Shown here: piece after piece, positions 51,285 through 64,000 of the stretch
How positions within the stretch are numbered: the stretch's first letter is position 1
Layout of the letters: every line of letters starts with the position of its first letter
Source of the DNA: Mytilus edulis
Taxonomy: Eukaryota
Reading direction: 5' to 3'
Assembly (NCBI RefSeq): GCF_963676685.1
Contig: NC_092344.1
Span: 48,732,001 to 48,796,000, forward strand
Length of the DNA: 64,000 nt
Translations under genes and position numbers: made by a program
The notes under the pieces: model-generated
What the model was told of the DNA's origin: nothing
What the model saw: only the letters and a program-made list of their open reading frames with translations
Databases searched by the model: none

Positions 51285-52748
51285 TTAATGTTAAAATAAG
51301 TTCTACATGAGATGGCATAGTGGTTGTTGATTGACAGAGGCCGATCATTGTGATATTTTATGCGTTCCAAATTTTCTTCTATTACGGTCGCCTTGTGTTC
51401 AATAAAGGTTTTAGTTAACATTGTTACATTTAAATGAGTATACAGTACAAACGCATAGGAAAAGAACAAATGTAATCAGTCAATCTAATTTGACCGAGAG
51501 TAATAAACATTGATAATCATTGCCATATATAAAGAAAACAACAGTATGATGTAAAATCATAATTGTTATAATATCCAACAACAACCACTAGACAAAGACA
51601 AATGCAAAGGGAAAACGTATACCGAAAACAATCGAACTTTCAGGCAAATTTTAAAAGGGAAGGTCTATAAAAACTGGCAAAGCAAATAGAAATGTGTTTT
51701 TATTGCTATTATTCATCCATAAATCATGGAGGTTTTGTACATAGAACAAAAGGCGACATATCGACGCAAGTAAAACACGGTCCATTGCACCGTTCATGTA
51801 ATTATATCTATTATATATAATTTTCCCGTGTTTCGGGGTTTTATGGAATTTTGTATGCATTAAAAATCCATTGAATTACATCTCAATATGAAAAAAATCC
51901 TTTATGATGAAATATTATCATTAGATGCAATAACAAAAACACGGTATGATGTAAAATTTAAAGAATGCTTTTACAAGTATTTTCAAAGATCTTTTGCAAA
52001 CATTTTAATTGATTGTATAACTGAAAATGTATCAATGTCTCAAATACCATTCCCCTTTTTCCAGTTCTTAGATACTTCCTGTTTTCCTTAACTCATTATT
52101 GTGATATTGTATAACAAATCAAATCTAATTGCACCTCTTGACTCCAAACGGATGATACGAGTTATTTTTAATTGGCAAAAGGTCAACACCTCTATATATA
52201 TTTCCGCATTTATCATTTGAAAATATTATTTCTTAACATTAGTAAAAAAATATAAATATGCTGATGCCATTTAAACTCTGGATAAACTTGTTTGCACCTG
52301 ATCAGCACCTTTTATGAGGCTAATGAGAAGGGAACTCTGTTGATAAACCGGATTCGTTGAGGTCATATACAAAGCAAAGAAAATGTGTATCGTAGGACTG
52401 CGTCAGGTTTTGATAAAATTTTTTATATTGGTTATTGAATATAGCAATACTATTTGCCAACACTGAAAAGCTCCACATATGCTTAAATGAAACAAATACA
52501 TTTTTTTTTAAATTGTGTGAATTAGAAAATCTGAATATTGTCATACTTCATTTTATGATAGTTTTAACTTCCTTGAGGCAACAGTTGTACCGTTTTACCT
52601 AAATATAGCGTTATTTTCATCACCATGAAGTTAAACAGGAAACTTTTGAACTTTTGATAATTTATATATTGTATCATCATCCAGTTGAATATCGTATTCA
52701 GTGTTGGATTAAACTTGTGCACATTAAAGTAGACTTTTTGGGGAGAAC

Positions 52749-55253
52749 ATGGTGTCTTTTATTTTTTATATGACAACATATTTTTTTGCATATGTTTCTT
52801 GCCATCCATGTTTGATTCAAGACAACAGAGGAGATTGTTCTTCACGAGGGCTTATAAAAGTTCCACAGGATTTACCTCGGAATCTTACTACACTTGACTT
52901 AAAACGAAATTTGATAGGTACATTATCACATGGCGATTTTCAATTTTATGGAAGATTGATAATATTGATTTTAGATAAGAACAAGATTTCCGTTCTGCAA
53001 TCAGATTCTTTTAAAGGACTAAAACATTTGAAACATTTGTCAATGGCTGACAATTTGCTTGATCTTAATACATCATATGTCTCTGAAATATTCGGACCTC
53101 TGAAATCACTAGATAGGCTTTACATTTCAAGAAATATGCAAGTAGGAACAGATTTGCCAGTTTATTATCCCTTTTTCGGATATTGTCGTAAACTTACAAT
53201 TCTAGAAATGGATCTTGCTCGAAAGCCAGTGTGGAATAAATGTGGATTATCAAAACTGAAACAGCTACGAACTCTATCTTTTAACTTCTGCTTTTTAGAT
53301 AAAATGACAAATAGGACCTTCGCTTTTATGCCACCATCAATAGAAAATGTTTACTTCGCTGGCTGTAAAGTTCGTGAGTTGGCTGAACTAAACTTTCTTA
53401 AACCTTTTCATTCGTTGAAGATTCTTCGCCTATTCCATGTTTGCATAGACATTGAGTCAGCACTGAAGATCGTATATCCTTTTATTAAAATGGAAGAGTT
53501 AAACTTTACAGAAGTCAATCCTGGCTATTGTGACGGACTTATTAGAGCTCCTTATGCAGTTATAATAACTCCTGAAATGACAAAATACTTGCGAAAAGTA
53601 TGTTTAAGAAAATTAATTTTGATAAGAAATGGTATTGTAGATTTCAAGCCAAATTCTTTACTTTCTTACAATCATCCTGAATGTTTTGTTACAATCATTT
53701 TTTCTGGAGACCGATTTTCAATGACAAATGGATTTAAAACATTGGAACTGACGAAGTTCATACTGCAGTTATCAAGTCTTATAACTTTCAATTATTCCGG
53801 GATTCTCAGTATTTCAACTGACGAAATGAATTCAGGTTTAACGGACGATACGGAAAATGCAGAAAATCTGAATCATTTGGTCGCAAATGATAGGAAATCG
53901 GGTGTTCAGATAACGTTCCCGTTCCCTCAATCACTGCAAGTACTTGTTTTGTCGAAATTTGCTGGAGTTCAAGGAACTACTCCACACACAATATACTTAT
54001 CAAATATAAGCTATTTGCGAGTTCTAGATTTATCCTATTTCAAGATGAAGTATTTTCCAAATATTGTGTTCAATGGAACAAACTACTTGGAATATGTTGA
54101 TCTTTCAGGTATCGACTCAACTCTGTACTCAGGAAGGAAGAATATTCCTTTGTTTAAGGAATCAAAGACTTTGATATTAAAACATTCAAGGCTTGATTTG
54201 ACACTTAGCAGAAGTAAGAAAATATTTAGTCTTGTGCCAACAGTAAAAAGATTGGATATATCATATAATCACTTATGGTTTCTGCCAATTGACGCATTCA
54301 ACTCGAACAAACACTTACGAAATCTTGATATGGGATTCAACTTATTTTCTGAAGTACCAATAGCGTTGCACACATTGCCAAACCTTGAAGTTCTTATTCT
54401 AAAACATAATAATCTTCAAACCATCAATAAGACGTTTCAGCAATTTTTCGATGTGAGAAATGAGCGAATTGGGGCTTCATTCCAACTGAAACTTTCTGGA
54501 AATGTTTTTAGATGTAGTTGTGAGAATTCTGACTTCGTGTTATGGATTTCCAAAACAAGGATAAAACTTGATAAACCTGCGAGAAACTATACGTGCCAGT
54601 TAGAAAATGGAACATATACTAATACAAAAACAGCGGCAGAAAATTTCCATGAATTGTATGGTCATTGTGCAAATGAAATGTGGCTCCGAGTAGGTATATG
54701 TTTACTTGTGATATTTATTACATTTACAACTCCTATTGCAGTCATAGTTAATTTCAGGTGGCGAATAGCATATTGGGTATATCGGGTTTTTAAAAGAGTT
54801 GTTGAGAATGATTTAAGGTCTAAATTCAAATACGATATTTACTTGTCATATTCAGATGATTGCTTCGATTGGGTTAAAGAAATGTTAATACCGAAAATTG
54901 AGAACACATGGAATATGAAAATGTGTATAGAGGATCGGGATATTTTGGCTGGAATTATCCGATCTGATGCCATTTCACAGTCTATTCATGAAAGTAAAAA
55001 TATAGTATTTGTCATTTCCAAATCATTCACCGAAAAAACATGGGGAAAGTTTGAGATTCAAAGAGCCAAGTATGAAAAGTACACTGGACATTTGCAGCGT
55101 ATTATTGTCATTACAAGAAACGTCCAAGTAGAAAACTTCCCAATCGAACTCGATTGTATTCTCGATGATGTCTTTCTTGTGAATTGGTCAGACCAGGAAA
55201 TTGAAAATGGATGGGACAAGTTGAGAATGGCGTTGTTTTCCGACTATAGTTAA
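52749..55253 (+). CDS. Toll-like receptor, single-cysteine-cluster type, intronless
   Basis: 834-aa ORF with signal peptide, LRRNT (C...DCSSRGLIKVP), LRRs, LRRCT (NVFRCSC...C...C), TM helix and TIR domain (KYDIYLSYS, CIEDRDILAG, WDKLRMAL). Confidence 0.95.
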   Translation: MVSFIFYMTTYFFAYVSCHPCLIQDNRGDCSSRGLIKVPQDLPRNLTTLDLKRNLIGTLSHGDFQFYGRLIILILDKNKISVLQSDSFKGLKHLKHLSMADNLLDLNTSYVSEIFGPLKSLDRLYISRNMQVGTDLPVYYPFFGYCRKLTILEMDLARKPVWNKCGLSKLKQLRTLSFNFCFLDKMTNRTFAFMPPSIENVYFAGCKVRELAELNFLKPFHSLKILRLFHVCIDIESALKIVYPFIKMEELNFTEVNPGYCDGLIRAPYAVIITPEMTKYLRKVCLRKLILIRNGIVDFKPNSLLSYNHPECFVTIIFSGDRFSMTNGFKTLELTKFILQLSSLITFNYSGILSISTDEMNSGLTDDTENAENLNHLVANDRKSGVQITFPFPQSLQVLVLSKFAGVQGTTPHTIYLSNISYLRVLDLSYFKMKYFPNIVFNGTNYLEYVDLSGIDSTLYSGRKNIPLFKESKTLILKHSRLDLTLSRSKKIFSLVPTVKRLDISYNHLWFLPIDAFNSNKHLRNLDMGFNLFSEVPIALHTLPNLEVLILKHNNLQTINKTFQQFFDVRNERIGASFQLKLSGNVFRCSCENSDFVLWISKTRIKLDKPARNYTCQLENGTYTNTKTAAENFHELYGHCANEMWLRVGICLLVIFITFTTPIAVIVNFRWRIAYWVYRVFKRVVENDLRSKFKYDIYLSYSDDCFDWVKEMLIPKIENTWNMKMCIEDRDILAGIIRSDAISQSIHESKNIVFVISKSFTEKTWGKFEIQRAKYEKYTGHLQRIIVITRNVQVENFPIELDCILDDVFLVNWSDQEIENGWDKLRMALFSDYS

Positions 55254-58200
55254 CTTCAACAGTTTTACTGCAGATATAAAACAGGTTAATCTATCTGTAG
55301 TTTTATAAGACTGATGCCTTGCAGTACAGCTGATTTAAAAAGGACTGCAAAAAGGATCGAAATGCATTTTGGTTTATAAAAAAAACTTATTGGGCTGTTC
55401 AATGAAGCATTGGATTAACAATACCTTCAAGCAATGATTATCAATTGGTTTTTTTTCTCACTTTTTAAACAATCGTGCAATTTCCCCTTCACCTTTAGAT
55501 AAATTTAAATGCAGTCGTCGAGTTACCTTATATAAATTGAAAATAGGGATATGTAGAAATCAAAATGATCGGGAATTTAAATATAGTACACGATAATATT
55601 TATGTACAAACATTTCAAAAATGTATTCGAATTTGATTTTTACATAGAAGAAAATATACAAGCAAACTATTTAGTTACCAATACAACACTGCCATCAGAT
55701 CTTTGGATAGTGCTTTTAATTTATTTTTGTTTTTTATTAATATTGATATCGATCAGTTAAATACAATCATATAACAAATAATGGTATACAAAAAATACAT
55801 GATTGTTTATGCATTTTGTGTTTATTTTCTTTTATTAGGATTCATACCTGTAACGTCGTGTCACTTTTTGTTAGATGTCATGTTTCAATCTGATGAGTTA
55901 CTGTTTATTTTAGTTTGTTCTTATGTTTTTACTGTTACAACACAATTTCATATTAGGAGAGGGGTGACGCCTGTTCCAAGACAAGGAAACTGCAGTTAAG
56001 GGATTGTCATTGGTTTATGTCATGTTATATTTTGTTACCTTAAATTTTTTTTTTATGAATTAGTTTCGTTTTAGAACCTATAGGAGAATACCAGGAAAGT
56101 TGTTGTGTCAATGTGTATATTGAAAACACCGTATAACGTGACATTTTGTATGCACTTGCATGGATATTGACACAGGCAAATTAACCAAATTGTATGACAC
56201 AAGACTAGTTTGACACTTCCCGTGATGAAAATCAAAATTAGAAGGTATCTTTCAGACGGTTATGTTTTATGCAAATGTTGTTGAACTGTTCCCAACACTA
56301 TATATATATTGCTTACGTTATCACGTGACTGTTCTGTGTCAAATAAAAATGAACATTGTTAAACGATTGTTATCGAACCTAATGTATAGTAGCTTCAACC
56401 TAGTAGGTTCATTATTGAAATTGAATAGGAGTAGAGTTCACAGGATATCTCGATTTAGTACATTTGAATGAAATGTCTTCATATTTCCTTTTATTTGATT
56501 CATTACCGTGATGCAAAAATATGAAAGTCCATGAAATATGTAGTATTTTGATTAGGTAATCAACTTTTATAATTTTATTCACAGGGAAACACAATCTGGT
56601 ATTTTAACATTGATTATTTATTTCCGGTTAATTTTGTAGACAGTACAAAATTCATATTGTTTATTCAAAATGATTTATGTTTACTGACTTGACTTTGCAA
56701 TATAACTGTTCTTGCACTGTACATATACTAAAAAAATAATCAACTCATCAAAGATACAAGTATTGCTATCTTGTATTTGCACCAGACTCGCGTTCGTCTA
56801 CAAAAGACAGTATTAAGCATATTCTTTATGTTGAACTTTTTTTATAGCGCATTTCATGCACAAAATGTGCTTGTTTTCTTGATGAACCATGCATCCTTTA
56901 CAATCTAAAGAAAATAAAGTATAACAAACTGGTAAAGCGTTTTTTTATTTATCCTTTTGTTACCTAAACAAGAATTTGATTGGCTAGTTGTTACTATTGT
57001 TATTGTTTAGGCAGTTATTAAAGCTGATTTCATTGTCACCGAAAACAAAGTTAGCATGATTGTTTTTATACACACTCAAATAGAGATGTTGTATGTAAGA
57101 CCTTGCAGTTTCTATATTTGTCAGTTAAAAAGCGATGATGGATCCCTGAACACATTTTCAAATAATTAAACACATAGCTTTTTAGTCTATATCATTATTT
57201 GGATCATTCATTAGGAGTTTTAAGTTGCTGTTTCATTGACGTATACACGTTTGTTCACGTTTTTGATACTCAAGATACACGGTTTTGAAAGATCAAGGAG
57301 ACTCAATTAATGAGTCTATGATTTGAATATCCCGAGCGACAACTTTGTTTAATTTGTTTAATTTGTGGCGATTTCGTACTTGACAATTTTACGCGATGCA
57401 CTATCTTGTATCTCAACAGGTTGAAAACTTTGAGAACGCTTTCAGTTAATTTCAGTATTTTACTATACTACATACAGTGTTTGCGCTGACCCAAATATGT
57501 TGGAAATACACTGATTTTGTTAAAAGTATGAAAATAATAATGAAAATATGTGAGCTAAGAGAGCTAATTCAATGAATCACAAATATATTGTAATTTTTCT
57601 GTTGTTTTATTATTAAAAGCGTCATGTTTAAGTATTATTTCCGTTTAAGAACGCGAAATCGTCTTTAAAAAGTTGTTTAACAATAAATACTCTGACTTGA
57701 TGATTCAATGATAAGCTTTAAATAAAGAGTCGCTTCAAAATAGGTTTCCTTTCTCTATGACAAAAAATATCCGTAAACCAAGCACACTGATTAGATAATT
57801 GATCAATTGTTTTAATCAAATGACTACGATTGATATGTTAATTAATGCAAAAAATTAATTTTAGCCGGTTAAATCTATAAGAATTCAATGATTTTTTTCT
57901 TCAATTTTATAATTGCATAGTTGTCAATATAATTGAATTCATATAATTGAAAGGTTAAACTAGGTTTTATCAACCATTTTTTACACAAGAAAATGCCTGT
58001 ACCAAGTCAGTAATATGACAGTTGTTATCCGTTCGTTTAATGTGTTTTAGCTTTTGATTTTGCAATTTGATTACTAGGGACTTTCTTTTTTGAATTTTCC
58101 TCGTAGTTCAATATTTTTGTGATTTTACTTTTAGTTTTGTCAGCTAAACAAATAATTCACCCTATGAAAAATAATGATATATAAACTGGTTTTAGTGTGA

Positions 58201-60681
58201 CATTTGTTTTTCATGTTTACAATAAGTTTAGTAAGTATTATACAATTCTTATGTTTTCCGTTAATCTACTTGTCAGTAGGTGTTAATCCTCTTCTGTTGA
58301 ATTGTATAATGGTATGCAAAGACCTGCATGTAAACATAGATCAGCACCATTTTCTGTATTTGACATTTGACTCAAATTCGAGGTTTATCTCGAAGTATGA
58401 CTGGAATTGCAACTCAAACTTTAACTTTAACTCGAACTGGAACTGAGAGTAGAAGATGAATTCGAATTATAGATCGAAATCAAACTCGATATCAAAACAA
58501 ATGGTAAGTCGCAGTCCTCATGGATGTCTGAGTTTTGATATCCCGTTTGGTATGTTTCACGTCCTTTGTATTCAATATCAAAACTGGGTTGGAAAATATC
58601 ATCATAATATTAACTCTAAAATATAAATGAGATGTTGTCCTATAAAAGGTTAAATACATTTTTATAAACAAACTGAAGGATCAAAAAACTGTGTGGAGTC
58701 AACGGTGACTCCGATAATTGTTATCGTATCTTAAGATGTTACATTTTCTTAAAGTCTTCAGAATGGAGCATATTTCCCTGATATATTTTTTGTGCATTAT
58801 AAGATTACAATAATAATCACTTAAATGAAAGACAACGTATATATTTTTTAGTTTAATGGCCAAAAGCATCTATTTTGTACATGTGTTCGAGTTGTGTATG
58901 AATTCACAGAAGACATAAAAAAAATATAATTTCAAATTGATGGGGACCAGTTAATTAACAACAAACAACAAATTAAAAAATTAACAAATATAAATCAATA
59001 CGAGCAGTCATTTAAATATCACGTTTAGACCGACTGAGACATTTGCATTTATTTTTTTATTGATAATCAATACCGTTATGATTCCCATTGTTATGGTATC
59101 TCATTACCCGACCCGTTTCCGTTGAAACAGTAGATATATCCAACTTCCGTTTCATGTATATACGTTATGTACTAAGTCCGAAATATGACAGTTTTTCCTC
59201 GTTCTTTCATTTGATAAACATGATAAAGGACTTTCAGTTTCGAAGTTCCCTTGCGTTCCGTATTTTTTCTATTTGACTTTTAATGTTTGCAACTATATAT
59301 AAAAAAAAGTAAAAGTAACGATTCACTTCTCTTTCATTTTCCGGGTGCAACGTTTGGAGCAGGATTTGCCTACCCTTCCGGAGCATATGATATCACCCCA
59401 TTTTGTGTTTGGGTTCGTGTTGCTTAATCTTTAGATTTCTATGTTGTGTCGTGTGATTTTGTTTGTCTGTTTGTCTTTTTCTTTTTTCTTTTTTGCCATT
59501 GCGTTGTCAGTTTATATTCGATGTATGAGTTTGGATGTCCCTCTGGTATCATCCGCCCCTCTTTGGGTCATTGTTATATGATGACTTACATTTTCTCTCA
59601 ATACTTGTTTAGATAATTCGAAGGTGAACAATAACTGTTTCAATTAGATCATTAGGTCATATTCTAAATTTTGATTTTGGCTTATTTTTCACTTATTTCC
59701 GAAAAACGTATAAGATATCGACACATTATGTTTACTAAATATTTAGTTGCGACATGTCGTAACATAATTTTGATTGCAAGGGTACGTTGATCGTAAAAGG
59801 GAGGTTTCGCCCCTCTTGTATGTAAAAATACGCGTATGGTGATATAACTCATTAACCAAATATAATGAAGATTTATGGTCTTTTTGATTTGAGGTCCTTG
59901 GTTTGTGACCTTGAAATTAATCTCAAGGTCATAGCTTAATTTGACATTCTAGATTTTGACCTTTGCTTTTACCTCATATGTATACATGATAAAGCCATGA
60001 GACTTTTTGCAATAGGTTTCAACCCTTTTAACCTTGAAAAATACAACCTGAAGTGACCTTGTTTAAACCCGAAGTAGCTATTTTTGTTCTTTATTAATAT
60101 AAAAGTATATAGAACCAGATATTTTTGGAATCAGTGTCAAGTAAATATTCAAATAGTATCGGAAGTAGCATTTTTTCAAACCGGAAGTAACAAATTAAAT
60201 CCCTTATTTAAAAAATATTGTATAGAAACCATATATTTTGGGAATCAGCGTACAATAAGCTATCATTTGACGATTGCTGTGACATTTTAAACCTATTTTT
60301 ACTACTTTCATATTAAAATACATGGTTTTTGGTGGAAAGACCTTTTAATTATCTATGATTTTGTATTTAGCCAAGTTGTATAGATGTAATTAAACAAACT
60401 ACTTATACTACGTACAGAATATAAACACACGATTGCGTACGTTAATACAATATCTATGCACCCGTCATATCCTGCAGGGCTAGAACGGATGCTACACAAT
60501 GAATGAGGGAACTTGAGGAAATAATATTGAACATTTTACTACAATTCTTGCAAACCTTATCCCCTAGAATCTCCAATTTTATTCCCATTTCAGGGTAACT
60601 ATAACTCTGAATGTAATCATTATGCCATACTCGTTTTTTAATATTTAATCATTTTCAAATTTCAATTTACAACCGAACATA

Positions 60682-61794
60682 TTACATCAGACTATCTGTG
60701 ATTTTAGCGACATGTATTTTTCCGTAGTTCTCATGTTTGGCTTTTCCACAACCAAATAATAAATATCCCTCAGTGTCAAAGCATAAACTGTATGGTTCAG
60801 TGATTCCCAAATCTATACAAATGAACTGAAGTCCAAGTAAATGTCCATTTGAATTTATAACATGAAGTGCATCGTTACTATAATCTGCAACAACAATGTT
60901 ATCACTTTGTGTTACAGTAATTGCATATGGTTTGAAGGTCCCTAATCTATTTTGCCCGTCGTAGATAAATTTGATGCAGCCATTTCTGTCTACAGCTACT
61001 ATTCTACCATTCTTCTGTCTGTCGAAACAATCAACAACATAGACAACATTTTTTGAATCGGTGCGAATGTGCAATGCATAACTGAACAGTTTATTTCCTT
61101 TTTTGTCGAATTCTAATGTAAATTTCCGTTGATAATCACTATTGAATATTATAACTTGTCTGACCGAAAAATCCTGGACTGGAAATGGTGGTCCTTGTTC
61201 TCTTAAGCTGACTATTACTTCATTATCTTTGTTTACATGTATGGCCAATAAAATCATTGGAGTAGTATCCAAAACAGTCTTGACCTCACCCACATGCGAT
61301 ATGATTTGAATAGTACTGACGTCAAATTCTTTCATAAGTATTTCACCATCTTTGTTTATTGCAATGTCAAATACATTTCTCTTTAAGGTCTGTAATATCT
61401 TTATTGATGATTTGAAGAGTTTACCTTTTACAAACTGATTTCTCTTCGATGGTATATGGCAAAAGGTATAGTAAAGTAAACCGTCGTCCGAGCAAAGTAA
61501 AGTATGAACAGCAGGCAGAGTAGTTGTGTATGAATTGAAAACTGATGCAATAACTACAGACATTACCTCCTGTGAACTTGGTGATGACTGAATGATATCC
61601 TGAATAGAAATAACATCATGATCTTGTGAACACTGAAGTCCTTGATGGACAGTAATTTTACAGGAGTTACACATGCGTACATTGCAATCCACACATGTCC
61701 ATTTGATTTCTTGACCTTTGCAGAAAAAGCATGAAACTGTCACTTGTGCTTTTCTAATGCTTGATGATTTCGTTGAAGTCGCCATTGACTGCAT
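60682..61794 (-). CDS. B-box zinc finger plus NHL-like beta-propeller protein, copy 2
   Basis: 370-aa ORF colinear with 21281-22372. The likely start is the second Met (MATS). Confidence 0.85.
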   Translation of the reverse strand: MQSMATSTKSSSIRKAQVTVSCFFCKGQEIKWTCVDCNVRMCNSCKITVHQGLQCSQDHDVISIQDIIQSSPSSQEVMSVVIASVFNSYTTTLPAVHTLLCSDDGLLYYTFCHIPSKRNQFVKGKLFKSSIKILQTLKRNVFDIAINKDGEILMKEFDVSTIQIISHVGEVKTVLDTTPMILLAIHVNKDNEVIVSLREQGPPFPVQDFSVRQVIIFNSDYQRKFTLEFDKKGNKLFSYALHIRTDSKNVVYVVDCFDRQKNGRIVAVDRNGCIKFIYDGQNRLGTFKPYAITVTQSDNIVVADYSNDALHVINSNGHLLGLQFICIDLGITEPYSLCFDTEGYLLFGCGKAKHENYGKIHVAKITDSLM

Positions 61795-64000
61795 ACAAGT
61801 GAATTAAGTGGTCAAGTGTATTTTTTCCTTGTATGTTGTTTCTCGGTAAATAGTGTCAAGGGTTAGTGCGTGACTAACTTGACATTTATGCGGAACCATT
61901 TTGCGGCGTAAGAATATATTTATAGATATACACCACTCTAAAGATTTCTGCATAGATACTGTTAAAAGATGAAATTTTGTCATTTGTATTTAGTATATTG
62001 ACATTCTCAATATATTATCTGTACAGATATAGGTAACATACCTAAAAATGATTATAGTTTTATAGATTAAAGACGCTTTATTAATTACCAACATGAACTA
62101 AAAAGAAATAAAACATTTAAGAATGTTATGTAGATATAACTCTAAATAATTTGAAACATAATTTTTGATTCTGTTAAACTTAAATGCTCAGTTTTAAAAA
62201 CAAAGGAAATCAGCACAAATTATCTTTCATGACCAAAACATCAGGTTAAGAAATATACAGTATGACATAGTATTTGTTTTTTAAACCAGAAAACAAATTC
62301 TGACAAATGCAAGACTGAAAGTAACTATTTTTCATAGAAACAAATATAAAATATTTACTTATTCTTTCTGATGAAACATATGAAAGATGTACCAAGTTGA
62401 TTTTTATCATATCTATAGAATCATATTTGTCGAAAAAACGTTTAAATTCTAACAATATACCACTTATAATGTATCACTGTTTGAAGATTGACAGATATCA
62501 AACGTTCCATTTGAGGTATCGGAAATATTAGATAAGTATTTATCAGTGTGTAATGGTAGTGGTGATGTAGTTGTAGCAGATGAAACATATATGTATGATA
62601 CAAAAAGATAGAAGAACTTATGTTCATACCTATCAGTAAAGAATTTAAAAAGAGACAGATAATAGTTAAAGGTTCCAGGATTATAATTTTATACGCCAGA
62701 CGCGCGACTCATCTGTGGCGCTCATATAAAAAAAGGTTTTAAAGCCAAACAAGTATAAAGTTGAAGAGCATTGAGGACCTAAAATTCTCAAAAGTTGTGC
62801 CAAATACGGCTAAGGTAACCTAATCATGGAATAAAAAAAATCCTTAGTTTTTCGAAAAATTCAAAGTTTTGTTAAAAGAAATTTATAAAAATGACTATTC
62901 AGATAAACAATATGGATATCAAAAAGGCCACTGTAACAGCAAAATCTGTTGAGCATAATATTGTAAAACCAATAAAGACATTAAATAAATATATTCAGAC
63001 GGCAGTTTTTCCAAAAAAGCTGAAGGAAGCACATGACAGGGCACAAAAATATTAAGAAAAAATACAATGTAATACTTGAGAATGGAAACTACAATTCAGG
63101 CAGTGTACCGCCTACTATTTCACTTACTTTTCAAAAGGATATTCTTGTTCATTGATTCAAATAATAGAAGACTAGAGACTAGAAAAAGGATATTCGATAG
63201 AAATATAACGTTTAGTTACATTTTTAACGGATTCATCCAAAAGCTTTCTTTTGTTTGTTATATAATTTACTTTTATATAAATAACAAGCTCATGACTTGT
63301 AACCAAACTTCATTTCTTTATTTAAAAGTAGAAATCAATGTGTCACAAAAATCAGTATTCGTTTCTGCAATTTTCTATATTTTTACATAAAATATTTTTT
63401 ATGTTGTAGATAAAAGTAATTTATTGCTATTTTACAAAAGTTTCCATTGCTTTTCCTGACTGATAATTCCTTTCTCAGCATAGTGATGTGAAAAAGTATC
63501 GCTAGAAACTAAGGGTGCTCGTGCTGATTGTCAATGAAATTAACAACGGCGTCATAGGTAAAATAGCGATAAACAGATTATCATTGTTCATCTCAACTCG
63601 ATAGCTTTTCTCACTTTCGCCGGCTTCAAACATGTGACTAAAATTAGATACATGACAAGTAACAATTCAGTAAAGAGAGAGTTAATGAGTGATGCATTTT
63701 ATTACGCATTACACTATACTAAAATTCATGAAACATTGATAAATGAAACAATAATCTAATACATGTTCATGATGCGTTTAAATATTTCTTCTTTTCATTT
63801 GAAATTTAGTCAACTGATATAGTATCATGTTTCAAATATCTTTTTATCTTTGAATAAATTAATTTGATATAAATTTTTATAAAAATTTAATTTTATATTC
63901 GTTAGTTTTTCTTTTATAAGCCATCAACCTGAAAATCGGAGACTAGACAGAAAGACTCCCCCCCCCCCCGCCCCCCCCCCAAAAAAAAAGAATAAAAATT

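Noticed and set aside
62660-62900. Hammerhead ribozyme in a dispersed repeat (minus strand; similar remnant near 56780)
   Set aside because: Only partial cores remain. Neither site has both CTGATGA and GAAA intact.

Overview
AT-rich eukaryotic DNA. The repeat and gene content looks like a bivalve mollusc (Mytilus-like); this is inference. The window holds two tandem copies of a segment: position 1 corresponds to about 26,837. Each copy has the order decayed Penelope-like retroelement, 5-exon secreted-protein gene, intronless Toll-like receptor (TLR), then a convergent B-box/NHL gene. The 5-exon gene is fragmented in the ORF track. Spliced by hand it encodes a signal peptide and four pleiotrophin/midkine-C-like 4-Cys domains, each followed by a Lys/Arg/Glu-rich tail. 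Copy 2 (33327-48872) is intact at 366 aa and carries an 11.45-kb foldback-type transposon in intron 2. Copy 1 (5895-10001) has a CAG>TAG stop in exon 3. The TLR is intact in copy 2 (52749-55253) and a truncated pseudogene in copy 1. It is followed there by the 3' part of a tyrosine-recombinase retrotransposon (RNase H, methyltransferase-like, SGNH hydrolase, recombinase) with split direct repeats and a loxP-like palindrome. The Penelope-like element has an N-terminal GIY-YIG remnant, an in-frame TGA at a Cys-type position and a well-formed SECIS hairpin after its stop, so it appears to be a Naiad-type selenoprotein retroelement. Several TIR transposons have definable target-site duplications, and some have an empty site in the other copy. 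All family assignments come from motif recognition by eye; no database searches were run.
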